A DNA stretch of 64,000 bases from Cyanophora paradoxa CCMP329 (lineage: Eukaryota; Plantae; Glaucophyta): assembly GCA_004431415.1 (NCBI GenBank), contig QPMI01000040.1, positions 248,001 to 312,000 of the forward strand, read 5' to 3'. Positions 46,001 to 64,000 of the stretch are shown here, piece after piece. The stretch's first letter is position 1. Each line of letters starts with the position of its first letter. The translations under genes and the position numbers were made by a program. The notes beneath the pieces were generated by a model that did no database searches, was not told the origin of the DNA, and saw only the letters and a program-made list of their open reading frames with translations.

Positions 46001-47216
46001 CCCCCCCCCCGCTCGAGAGTCTCGCCTGGAAGGTAAGCTCGTCGACCTTGGCCGTAAGCTCTCGCCTGTCCTCCGCGGCCTTCGCCTCCATGTCCTTCTG
46101 CAGCCGCTCCTGCGGGGGGGGGGTACAGGGAATCTCAGGGGTACGGCACCACGGAGCGGAGCCCGGGGGGGTACGCCGCGCGCCTGGAAGACGCGCTGCT
46201 CGTACTTCATTCGCGCGATGACGTTCGCCATGTGCTGGCGGTACGCCTGCCGAACCTGCGGGGAGTACGAAAGCGGATCGGTTCGGGGCGGGGGGGGGCG
46301 GGGCGGGAGGGGGGTACGCGCCTGCTCGAGCTGGCGGAACTGGCGCCCCTCGAGGAACTGAATCCTATCGAGGGCCGTCATGTGCGCCTGCCGGGGTCCG
46401 GTGAGCAGCGGAAGCTCAAGATCGAGCGGCGAGCCTTCTGTTTTAGTTATGTTTCGGTTTTAGTTGGTTTAGGCACCTTGTCCAGCTCGTCGTCGAGCTT
46501 CTTAACGAGGTCAACCTTGACTCGGAGCTCGATGTCCTCGACGTCGTTCTGCAGCTTGGAGAGTTCCTGCTCCGGAGAAGTAAGCCCGGTTCCGAATTTG
46601 ATCCAAGGCGCGCGGGCCGGCACCGCTTGCGTAAAGTCAAGCGTGCCCATCAGAGCCCGCAGGTCGTAGAACTCGGACGAGTCGGTCTGAACTTCGACGT
46701 GGTTCCGTACCCTCCGCCGCCCTGCGTGCAGCGTGGCGCGGCGGGCGCGCGTCAGACGCGGGGCTAGCTTTCGATGCGGGGATCGGGCAGAGGCACCGCC
46801 GCCGGGCGTTTCCATGCCCGTCGCCGTGGGTCGCGGCGTCGTCGCGGCTGCTTGCGGGGCGGGCGGCTCGGCGGCCCGCACGCTCTTCTGGCTCGCCCGC
46901 GTGGGCGAGCGCGGCGACTTCCCGTCCGCTGCGGGGGCCGCCGTAGCGAATCCCTCCGGATAGAGCTGGTCCATGTAGTTCTCGAACTTGTAGGTGGCGA
47001 GGATCGCCAGCATGTGCGCCTGCGGGGCGCGCGGGGGTCGGGGAAGGGCGAAGGCGAAGGCAGCAGCGCGGCGCGAGCTGGGCGCGGGAGCGCATGCGGA
47101 TGCACCTTGTCTGGATCCTCCTTGTAGGGCGAGACCGGCTGCCTCCGCGGGCTCGGCGCAGGCTGTCCTCCGGCCCGCGGGGTCCTCGGCATCTTCACGG
47201 GCTCGGCTGCCTCCAT
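43010..47216 (-). CDS. Coiled-coil protein with DUF4709 (C10orf67-like) domain, multi-exon
   Basis: Start MEAAEPVKMPRTP. Spliced core NHVEVQTDSSEFYDLRALMGTLDFTQ|ELSKLQNDVEDIELRVKVDLVKKLDDELDK|AHMTALDRIQFLEGRQFRQLEQ|VRQAYRQHMANVIARMK resembles my recollection of C10orf67 (HATQTDSSE...LHDRILEIEKHY...QQLADAIA). Long coiled coil and Pro-rich tail ending RRSAGTA*. Confidence 0.7.
43996..44140 (+). repeat. (GCTTA)n pentanucleotide microsatellite with GCTGA/GCTTG variants, inside an intron of the DUF4709-like gene
   Basis: About 145 bp of gctta units read directly. Confidence 0.95.
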
Positions 47217-47672
47217 CGCTGGTGGGCTACAGATGATCACTAGCTTGGTGCGCCGGCGCCTGCGTGTGCCGCGCCGCCTCCTTGGCTAGGACATCGGCCC
47301 GCGGCCGGCTGTGCCGCGCAGGCGCTGGGCTCACGATGGCGCCACGCAGGTGCGGTGCTGATGCCGCGGGCGGTGAGCGTGTCGGCCTTCCTGGGCTGGA
47401 TCGGGCGGCCGAGAAAATGACCTGGCCGGGATTCGATTCGATTTCCAAAAAAAGACAGCCAAGCAGGCGAGCCACGCAGCTGCAGGCGAGAGCACGCCAG
47501 ACGACCAGCGCAGCCAGCGCAGCTTAGGAGCGAGCCGTACAGCTGCCAACTACAGCTAACCAGCGCCAGGGGACGCTTTCGGCTGCCAGCTTGTCACTTG
47601 GGCAACCTTTCGACGTAGTCGCACGCCTGTCAGACGCGTTGGACGCGCACAGCGGCACCGAAGCATCGCACA

Positions 47673-49985
47673 ATGGGCTGTGGCGCCTCGAAGAACGCGT
47701 CGGCCGCGGTGGCGGAGCCGGAGCCGAGCCAGTCCAAGACGGAGCGCAGCCTGAAGGCGGAGTCCAAGGAGGCCTCCAAGGAGACCTCGCGCCCCGCAGA
47801 AGACGCGCGGAAGGCGTCGGTCGTCATCGAGCGCTCGGCGCCCGTCGCCGAACCGGAGGCAGACCCGTCTCGGCCGGAGGGCGAGGACGGGGGCGAGGGA
47901 GGCGAGCCGCGCGCCGAAGGCGAGCAGGCGATCCCCGACATCGATGAGCACAAAGGTGCAGAGCCGCGCCGCTTGCGCTCTGCGCTCTGCGCCCCGCTCG
48001 CCGCCCGCCCACGTCCCGTTCCGCCCAGAGCGCGCCCCGCTGGAGCCCCGCAAGGAGCTCAAGCTGGAGCTGGAGGAGGAGAAGGCGCGTGTACCCCTTG
48101 CGCGCTTCCGGCGCAGCGGTTCCGCGGCTCGGACTCAGACGGGGCGCATGCAGGAGGCGCTGGTCGACCTGGAGGGCCGCGCCCTGGCCCGCCCCGAGGG
48201 GCCCGGGGTCGAGTTCACGCAGGAGCAGAAGTCCAAGCTCGCCCAGCTCTTCTGTGCGTCGTACCCTTGCGTCCCGTGTACCCCCCGACGCTCATTCCCC
48301 CCCGCCCCTCCCAAAACAGCTCTCTACGACACGGACGGATCCAACGAGATCGACATCGCCGAGCTCGAGGCCGCCGTGACGAAGCAGCACGGTACCCCCC
48401 GTCCGCGTCGCCCCCGCCCCCCTCCCTCGCTGAACCGGGGGGTGCAGACATGGTCCTGACCAGCGGCAAGGCGCCGAAGTCAATGCACTTCTCCTTCGTG
48501 CGTACCCCTCCTCATACCCCCCTGTACCCCCGCCCCCGCCGACCCGCGCCGCACTCAGAACGTGAAGAGCCGCGTGGATGCGCTCCGGAAAGCCCGCGCC
48601 CTGCTCCGCGCCATGTGCGTCCCCGCGCGGCGGGGAAGAGTCGCGGCCCGGATTCGAACCCGCGGCTCTGCGCAGGGACTCCGACCACAACTCGCGTGTC
48701 TCGATGGACGAGTTCCTGGGTTCGTTCCCCGCCGCGCCCATTTTCGGACGAGCCGCCCCGACTCGAACCCGCGCAGCGTACTTCCAGAGCCTCTGCTCCA
48801 GCTTCCAGTACGGCCCCGAGGAGGTGCCGTACCCTCCTTCCCCTCCGAGTCCGTACCCCCGAGTGACCGATTGCGGTACCCCCAGGTGGACGGCTTCCTC
48901 GCGGACCTCATATCCAAGTTCGAGAAGAAGCCGGAGGAGGAGCCGGTACCCCCGGCGGCCCCGGTACCCCCCGAGGAGGAGATGCGCGTCGAGGTGAGCG
49001 CGGGGTACCCCACTACCGCGCCGTCCCGCCCGCGCGCTGAGCCGCGGGTCGCCCCGCAGGAGTCGAAGGGGGAGGAGGGGGCGCCGCCGCCGCCGCCGCC
49101 GCCAGCCGAGGGCGAGGGCGAGGGCGACGCGCAGTCGCAGTCGCAGGCGCAGCCGACGCAGGTCGAGGATGTGAAGGCCGAGACGCCGGCCCCGGGGGAG
49201 GACCAGGCTCCCCAGGAGGCGGCGCCGGCGCCGGCCGAGGGCGCGGAGGCGCAGCCAGCGGCGGCCATCGAGGACAAGGAGAACGGCGCGGACGCGCAGC
49301 AGCAGCAGGCGGCGGCGGAGGCGGAGCCGTCCGCGCCGTCCGAGGAGCCCGCGGCTGCGCGCGCGGCGGTGCAGGAGCCGGAGGCCGAGGCGGTGGCGGG
49401 GGCGAGGCCGCACCGGCTCCGCCGGCCGCACCGGCGCCCGTGGAGGAGGAGGCGCGCGCGCCGGAGCCAGAGGCGCCGGCCCCGGCCCCGGAGGCGGCGG
49501 TGGCGGAGGCCGCTCCAGAGGAGGCGGCCCCGGCGGCGGCGGAGGCGGCGCCGGCCCCGGCGGCGGTGGAGGAGGAGGCCCCTGCCGCGTCCGCCGCCGC
49601 TGCTGCTGCGCCGCCGCCACCACCAGCGGCGGAGGATGCGTCGCCGGAGGCCGCGGCACCGGCCGCCGCGCCAGAGGCACCGCCGCCGCCGGCCCGGCGG
49701 AGGCGCCCGCCCCGGAGCCGGCGGCCCGGAGGAGCCCGCCCCGGCCCCGCCGCGCCGACGGCGGAGCCGGCGGCAGCCGCAGAGTCGGCACCGGCCGCCG
49801 CCGCCACGACAGAGGAGACGAGCTGGAAGCGGTGCGCGGCGCGCGCTGCGCCCTCCAGCCGCGCCCGCGCCGCTGACGCTGACGCCCGGCCGCCCGCCCG
49901 CCCGCAGATCCGGCGGGCCGAGCGGGAGGAGGAGGAGGCGACCGCTGCCGCGCTGGCCGCCGAGGGCGAGTCCGGCAAGTGGTGA
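47673..49985 (+). CDS. Dually acylated (MGCGAS) EF-hand Ca2+-binding protein with long Ala/Glu/Pro-rich tail
   Basis: N-terminus MGCGASK fits Gly2 myristoylation and Cys3 palmitoylation. EF-hand loops LYDTDGSNEIDIAELEAAV and DSDHNSRVSMDEFL. The tail EEEARAPEPEAPAPAPE...AEGESGKW* has apparent single-base indels near 49400 and 49695-49745. Confidence 0.8.
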
Positions 49986-50722
49986 CCGGCAAGAGGGCGA
50001 GAAAGCGGGGCGGAGCAGCAGCATAGCCCGGCAGGGCAAGCGTGCCGTTGTCGGAGCGGGCAGTGAGTATTATCGATTATGAAACGAACAATATGCCGCG
50101 CAGAAGAGTCACTGAGTAGAGCAGATGTGCGCAAATTAAAATAGAACAGAATTCGAATTCTACGCGTGTACAGAATTACGTACACACTCGCTCACAGACT
50201 CTCGAAGGCCCTGAGGGAAAGCCGCTGAACCCCCGCCTCGTGCGTGTGACCGAGGATGCGCCACGCTGCTGCGCAGCCCTCACTCTAGATCTGATGCCCA
50301 AGCGATAAACCGGCTCTCTAGAAGTGCACCCCTTGCTCGTTCGAGCTCATGATCATGAATTACTTGCAAAAATAAGATTATTTCCAATTGATTCACGTGC
50401 ACGATACACTATCATGACTAGCATGATCACAAAACGTTCGCGTGATTACAATCAACGCATGCAAGCATCGATGTCGACCTAGCAAAAGTCCACGTCGACA
50501 TCGATACAAGTAAAAAAATTAAGGATCCCCCCAGAGGAGATCGAAAGCATTACGGATCGAGTGTGACTAAGAAATCGAGCGAGGGGCGAAGTATAGTACA
50601 TGTACAACGAGAGGCTTGATCGCTACGTTGGCGCCGCGGCCGTCGTCGCTGAACGACCGCGGCTCACTGGCTCGCCGATCGCGAGCCGCGCCGCCGAGTC
50701 AATTCCGCCGATCGCGAGGTAA

Positions 50723-57701
<6,979 letters not shown>

Positions 57702-57853
57702 GGCGCTAGCTAAGACTTGCTGCACGCGTCTGCAGCTAGCTGGTGGCCGCTGAGGCGGGAGCTGCCTTGACTGCGGAATGCGGCGCTCAAGGCCCTCGGG
57801 AGTCTGGGGCTGTATGAATGTATTGCCTGATGATCGCAGCAGTGCAGTAGTGG

Positions 57854-57966
57854 TCGAAAGTATGAGCTTATTCCGTGGTCGTGCTATCATTGAAGGACAT
57901 CGTGGGTCGAAAGTATGGAACCATAGTAGGAGTCGATACTGGCTCGAAAGTATGGGTCGATACTGG
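57854..57966. promoter_or_regulatory. Repeated motifs upstream of the ABCC gene (TCGAAAGTATG x3, GTCGATACTGG x2)
   Basis: Exact TCGAAAGTATG copies at 57854, 57907 and 57944; GTCGATACTGG at 57932 and 57956. These lie about 150-265 bp 5' of the ABCC ATG. The regulatory role is inferred. Confidence 0.4.
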
Positions 57967-58873
57967 TTCGTCGCATGATAAGAAAATAAAGGTTGTCGCT
58001 GCGACTATCTGCCGCTACTTGATTTTTGCTTCAAATTCTTAAATCGAAAACTTGATAGATATTTATGGTTAATTGCAATAATTAGCCCGTTGCGCCAATC
58101 AGATGCGGAGCAAAACAGAGTGAATTCTCGATTTTACGTATAATTATCAATTTAAAAATCAGTTTCCATGGTCATTTACTGAATTATTCAATTTTGACTC
58201 ATCAGTGGCCCATCACTGCTCGGAGCGTGGTCGAACCGGCGTCCACCAACCATTGAACATTAATGACCATGGGATGCCCGACGGATGGCGATTCGAATGA
58301 CGATCGGTCGCTATGGCGGCGCTAGCCTTCCCATGATTCTGCGTTGATTGAGTTCATTGACCTGCCTGGCATGTGCCAGGCGCCGCCGGCGCGGGCGGCG
58401 GGCGCCAGCCTGGCGCCGGCAGGTATGTGAAATTTTAAATTGTGAATCGTGTCACTATTACTACGTTAGTGTGTGTGCAGCACTCAGTCAGCACGTATTC
58501 GTTACAATACTTCTCCGGGATCCCACCATGGGTTTTTGAGAGACCACCACATATAGTTGAGCGTACGTGTGTATTTGCTGGCGAATATTTGCCAATATTC
58601 GCACGCCGTGACGATGCTGCCGCATGCAGCGCCGCATGGTGCTTCGCCCGCACAACGATGAGCGTGCACGTATACGTATTCGTATGATGCGTGATAATGT
58701 TAAATCCATCTATATAGCGGCATGTACATGCACGTTGCCGCTTCTCCGGTAGCTATAGGAGACCTAGAGCATTCGGAGGCGCGGCGCGGCGGCGAGCGGG
58801 AGCAGCGCTAGCGAAAGCGTTAACGTTAGCAGCTGCTGCAGCTGCAGCCTGCAGCTGCCCGGCCCGGCTGCAC

Positions 58874-61641
58874 ATGGCGGACGGTGATGAACCCCCTGAG
58901 CTTCTGGATCTGCCGGTGCGCGTAGAGCGCCCGCGCGCGTCCGCAAACGCTGTTCGAGCCTTTAGCTCAAGAGCCTTTCGACTTCGCAGTACGACCTCCT
59001 GCTCGCAATATTGGGGAAGCTGTCGCCTTCCGACCTGCGCGCGACCGGGGCCGCGTGCAGCCAACTCCGCAGCCTCAGCCGCTCCGCGCCGCTCTGGACA
59101 TCCCTACTGCAACGGGAGTTCGGGCTCGATGTCGAGTCTGCCCTTTCCGCCGTAGGCCTGGGCCTCGCCCCGGGCGGATCCAGGTCCGAGCGCGGCTCAA
59201 GCTCCTGGCGCGCGCGCATGCCGAGACTCCGCCACATTCATCTCTACGAATCGATTGCCTCTGCGATGGAAGAGGCAAGGGCGAGCGACCTTGCGGCTTT
59301 GAATTCCAGCCACGAGGTGCAATCTTTTTGTTATTCAACATTTCTCCCGCGTAAATTAAACTGGTTCGTCTCAAATGTTTACTCGTAGACGGCTGGTTCG
59401 ACGACGGCTGATCGCAACGAGATTCTCGGCTGCCGATCCCCTTACCTTCGCATCGCCGGCCTCTGGTCCGACGGGTGCTTTTTAAATATTCCCATTCGGC
59501 TCTGCAAGTTTGCCATCGACGTCGACGGCGCGTGCTGATGCGGAGCAAGCGCAGAGGCTGCGACGGGGGAGACGTGCGCAAGTACAGCCCCTTCCACGTC
59601 TTTTCTGACGATCCGTCGCTCGTCTACTGCTCCGAGTCGACCCGCGGAGTGCACATCCTGGGGTCTTTCGATGGCAGCCCCGACGGTGCTATTCTTATTC
59701 TGTATCTGCTCCCGCAAATATAAGCCAATATCTGCTCCCGCGAATAAAACCTGAAACGCATTCAACCGTGCCCGGCGCCAGATCGCCTGGACGATGACAT
59801 TCCGAATCGCGTGGGCACATTTGTTCCGCGATTGCAATTGCAAGGATCGCCTGCGAGATTAATTGGTCCCCTGCCCCTTTACGCAGGCCATTCGCTCGTT
59901 CATCCTGGAGCGCATCTCTGGACTGGCCCCTGCGCTCCGCGCCCCTCTTTCCCCTTATTCTCCATCGACGGAGCAACTGTTGGAGGTGAGAAACGCGGAC
60001 CGCATGTACCAGACCCTTGTGATTTGCGTGAATTTGCTGCGAAAATTGATTTCGAGATTCTTTCGAAGGTTTGGCAAAGCGCGTGGACAGGGCCCCACCA
60101 CGCTGCATTACTCCGAGGACCGGAGCGCGTAGTGAGCTCCCCATCTCACATCGGTGCGTACACGCGCATTCTTCTTCGTCATTGCCGTTTTAAAAGCGAA
60201 TCTGATGCGCAACCGGTCATGCTCAGCTCTCGTAAATCGGGTGGACATCATGATTTGGGGCTACCGAAAATGGCGAGCTGCCCGACAAAGGTGCGGGGTG
60301 CGGGGATGGGACCTCCCATATATACGCATGCGCACGCGTCATTTCAGACGACTGAAGATCGCGCACGCGCTCGCGGTTCGTTCGCAGCCGCCTGGAATGC
60401 CAGCCGGCCGACCCGAGCAACGCGCTCGTCGTAGCGGGGGCCCGCCTCTACGAAGACCTTGATCCCATCGGTGCACGCAGTGGATATTCCTCGCGGGTAG
60501 CAAACAAAGTGCGTCCGATCGTCGAGATTAAAAATTGCAGCTGTGTAGACGAGAATGCGATATTAATTGATATTCTTTCCGCCTGCGCAGGAAAACGCGG
60601 TCGCAATTGCGGGTCCGCGTGTGCATGCACTCGTACAGTCGCGGTCCGCGGTCCCGGCAGTCGAAAGCCCGCAATCAAAGTCAATCCTTGGAATTCGCTG
60701 CCGCTCGCGTATTAGATCTCGGCGAGTCGCTCCGATGGGCTCGAACGATGGCGAGCCTGCTGCTGCCCCTCGAGCTCGAGCTCGGGATCTCCCGCCGGCG
60801 TCGACGTCGGCGTGCGCGCCCCGACCCGCGCCCGCGCCCGCGCCCGCCGGGTCCCCCATCGCCCTCCTCCGCTCCGTCACCTTTCGGCGGCCTCCGGGCT
60901 ACACGTGCCCCCTGCGGACGGCCGCCGTCTTCGCCTCCATGCAGCCCCTCTTCCGCTCGGAGCGCGACGTCCGCCGGCGCACGTGCTGGCCCGCGTGCCG
61001 CGCCTTTGACGGCCTGGCCTCCATAGACGACGTGACGTCGGGCCGCGGCGCCGGCGGCTGCGCCCTGCCCTCCGTCCGGAAGCTCTCGGACTGCGCCTCC
61101 CATTTCTCCGTCGAGTTCAAGCGGCCGGATCCGGCGAGCTGGTCTGGCGGCCTCTCTCCCGTGCTCTGGTTCCAGGTCCGCGCGCGTTCGATCGGAACTA
61201 GGAAATGCCGATTTGTTTCTGACGTTCCTTCGAATTCTTCGCCCGCACGCGCAGTTTCGAGAGTCAGAGTGCAACTCCGCGACAGTGGAACTCGATCAGG
61301 TGAGCGCGTATCTAGCGCTAGCTTGAAAAAGCTTGCATATGCTATGATATCGCCTATATATCTATAGCTAAGCATTGATATTGGACTCTGTCCGAGCCCA
61401 GGTCTGGAGCGCCCGATACATTCTCGTCAAGTTCATCGACTCCCTGGACCGTATGGCCGAATTGAAGTGCGCGCCTGTGTGTGCTTATAATAATTCTTCG
61501 CCATAAACGCGCGCTTCAATGCACTAATCATGAGCTCCGCGCAGCGATGCGCACTCCCGGCCCAACGTCGACGCTGAGGCCGTCCTGTTCCGAGGGGCCG
61601 CGCTCCTGTTCCGCCCCGACGGATCCTTCTCCTGCGCCTAG
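58874..61641 (+). CDS. F-box protein with uncharacterised C-terminal domain, multi-exon
   Basis: MADGDEPPELLDLP|YDLLLAILGKLSPSDLRATGAACSQLRSLSRSAPLWTSLLQREF is a typical F-box. Later exons read YSPFHVFSDDPSLVYCSESTRGVHILG, GYTCPLRTAAVF, ARYILVKFIDSLDRM and PNVDAEAVLFRG...FSCA*. Confidence 0.8.
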
Positions 61642-61966
61642 TGGGTGTACTTTAAATAGGCTGCGCACATCTAGCTGTTTGTATATAGATCTAGATAAGA
61701 TGGTGAAGCTCGCCCCGCCGTAGTCTCTCAAAAACAATACTTGAAATGTACAGATGCCGCTCCGGATCCTTCTACAGATATTCTATATAGATTTAGATAC
61801 AAAGTGAAGCTTAATGACTTGAGACTCTGCTGAGATGTACAGAGTCCGATCCTTTAAAGGTTACGCGTTCTTCGCGAATCGATGTTCAGCTGCAGCGCGG
61901 CGCTAGCATCCGACTCGTATAACTTCATGAATAAGCGGAAGTCTGCAACAGGATCTGGTCCCGGTC

Positions 61967-62000
<34 letters not shown>

Positions 62001-62107
62001 CGTCCCGGTGGGCTGGGTTGGAGCTCCCGGAGGCGGCTCCCCCCCCCCCCCCCCCCCCCCCCCCCCGACCGCATCCCGCGGGACCGGGAGCCCCCCCTCC
62101 CCGGCAG

Positions 62108-63710
62108 GCCTCGAGGAGGAGGGATGCGAAGCGGGCGATTAATATTGCCGCCTGCGCCCTCTTCGAATTCTCCTCCCTCGAGCTCCTCCTCGAGGCCGCC
62201 GGGCGCCCCGAGGCCGCCGCCGCCGCCCGCCCGGGACCCCCGCCACGCCGCCCTCCTCGAGGCCGGCCTCGCCGCCGCCGCCGAGGCGCGGGCGCGGGCG
62301 CGCTCGCTAGAGGCGGCGGGGCGCGTCGACGTCCCCGGCCCGAGGCGGAGGCTGACGCCATCGCGTGCCCGCCGGGGGGGGCGGGGCTGACCTTGCGGCA
62401 GCTAGCTCGAGGCGGTGGACCTCGCGCGCCTCGAGCCCGACGAGCTCGAGCCGGCCGGCACCCCCGCCGCCTCCGCAAGTACGAGGAGGCGGCGGGGCGT
62501 TTCCAGGACGCCGTCGTCGGGGGGCGCCCCACCCCGCCCCGCCCGGCCCTGAGGAGAGGGGGAGGGGAGGGGGGGGGGGGGGGCGAGGGGGGAGGGAGTG
62601 GGGGCCTGCGGGTGGCGATCTCGGGGGCACAGGCGGCGCCGGACGTGCTGGCCATGGCGGCGCTGGGGCCCGGCGAGTACCTCGACGTCGCCCACTGGGG
62701 CCTCGCCAAGGCCGGGGCGCCCCGCCCCCGCCCACGCCCCGGCCCGGCCGCGCGCCCCTCACCGCCCCGCCCCCAGACGAGCAGCGCGGCGCGGCGCGCG
62801 GGGCCGGCGAGACGGGGCGACTGCTGGCGGCGCAGCGGGGGCGGAGGCGGCGGAGGGGGCGCTGGTGGCGCTGCGGGAGGCGTGCGCCGGGGGCGGCCCG
62901 CGCCCCCCCCCTCCCCCCCCCCCCCCCCCCCCCCCCCCGCGGAGCTCGAGGAGTCCCTGCGCGCCGCCGGCGCCGCCGTGCGCCCCGCCGGCCCCGCCGC
63001 ACGCCGCCGGCCCCGATGCGGCGGCGCAGGTCGCGGCGCCGCCCGCCCGCATGCGCAGCGGAGGCCCCCGCCAAGCCCGCCAGAGGCCCCAGCCGCTGCC
63101 CCCCGGCGAGGCCGGTGGGCGCGAGGAGACGGCGGCCGCCGCCGCCCGCATCGCGATCGTCGCCACGGCAATCGTGCGCGGGTGGGGGCCCCCGGGGCGC
63201 GGGGGCGTGACGGGGCGGCAGCTGGCGGAAGAGCCCGAGGTGCTGGGCGGCGTCGTGTGGAGGCGCCCCGCGCCGCCCCCGCCGCCCCGGGGCCCGGGCG
63301 CCCCGGCGCGCGCCGCTCGCCACCGGCGCCGCCCGTCGCGCCGCCTTCCTCGAGCCGCTCCTTCCGGGCCGCCCGCCCGCCCCGCCGCCGGCCGGCCGGC
63401 CGGCCGGGGCGGAGCGCGACGCGGGCGCGCAGCCCTTCATGCGCCTCTGGAGGGAGCCGTGGCGGCGGGTGCGGCCCGCGGCGCAGGCGGCGGCCCCGCC
63501 CTTCGCGCCCCTCGTCTGGCTCCCGACGCCCGCCCTCGATCTCGAGCTCCTGCATCCGCCCCTGGCGAGGCGCGCCGCAGCGTTAGAGGCGGAAGCGGAG
63601 CCGCCGGGTCCCGAGGGGCGCCGGCGTGCCCTGCAGCTGCGCGAGGCCCGCCCGCCTCGCCGCCGCCCGCCTCGCCCGTCCCCGAGCCGGCGACGGCAGG
63701 CGGAGCGGCT

Positions 63711-63748
<38 letters not shown>

Positions 63749-64000
63749 CTGCGGGGCGGGGCAGCGCTGCTGCGCGGGGGCGGCGGGGAGGGGCAGCCAG
63801 CAGCATGACGAGGGGGCAGCATCTTCCTGCGGAGCAGGAACAAGCTTTTCTCGGGCCGGCATCGTGTCCGGCATTTAATTTCAATATAGAGTTAGGGCAC
63901 ACTCGGCAATCCGGGAGGCGCTGCTGGGCGTCCTCTCCCTCGACCGCGGCCCCGCCCCTCTCGCGCAGGCTCTCGAGCTCGCCAGCACCGTCGCTTCAAG
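62108..64000 (+). CDS. Probable Ala-rich helical protein gene (partial, many apparent frameshifts; runs off window)
   Basis: Protein-like segments alternate between + frames: AINIAACALFEFSSLELLLEAAG, HAALLEAGLAAAAEA, RKYEEAAGRFQDAV, EYLDVAHWGLAK, QPFMRLWREPW, AIREALLGVLSLD. They are interrupted at long G/C homopolymers. Confidence 0.35.

Noticed and set aside
47594-47607. X-box-like GTCACTTGGGCAAC in the divergent promoter of two candidate ciliary genes
   Set aside because: It is a single degenerate match, and RFX factors are not expected in the likely lineage, so chance cannot be excluded.
28053-48661. B-box-like GGTTCGAATCC words (28053, 45540, 48650) as tRNA or SINE
   Set aside because: No A-box, cloverleaf or acceptor stem is evident; the words sit at or within short introns.
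49395-49745. Programmed frameshifting or pseudogenisation in the EF-hand protein tail
   Set aside because: The shifts are single-base losses at G/C runs that restore an A/E/P-rich frame when corrected, typical of long-read consensus errors. The same likely applies to 62100-63750.
58360-58425. GC-rich hairpins (CCTGGCA-TG-TGCCAGG; GGCGCCAG-C-CTGGCGCC) as an ncRNA
   Set aside because: Short palindromes are common throughout this sequence, and no RNA family features are recognisable.

Overview
GC-rich, intron-dense eukaryotic genomic DNA. Introns are short, with GTGCG/GCGCG donors and YAG acceptors. The style suggests a flagellated alga/protist such as a glaucophyte, but that is only a guess. 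Most long entries in the ORF track are GC-rich shadow ORFs, so I rebuilt genes by splicing exons by hand. About ten protein-coding genes are supported. (1,2) A head-to-head pair of paralogous ankyrin-repeat/TIR/TIR/coiled-coil/CaaX genes (6805->183 and 6955->14723) whose start codons are only 149 bp apart. (3) A TmcB/TmcC-like multipass membrane protein. (4) An SK/KCNN-like K+ channel. (5) A micro-exon-rich gene with a TPR-like C-terminus. (6) A C10orf67/DUF4709-like coiled-coil gene, divergent from (7) an MGCGAS-acylated EF-hand protein. (8) An ABCC/MRP transporter. (9) An F-box protein. (10) A frameshift-ridden partial gene at the right edge. The best candidate for a new system is the ankyrin-TIR pair. 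Only one of its four TIR domains keeps the catalytic Glu, both proteins end in CaaX boxes, and the catalytically dead partner also starts with an MGxxxS myristoylation motif, which resembles a sensor/executor immune pair. Also notable: intron birth by tandem duplication of a CAG|GT segment, a sequence shared between distant introns, and frequent GC-AG introns. No tRNA, rRNA, CRISPR or autonomous transposon was found. Gene spans include introns, and exon boundaries are manual and approximate.
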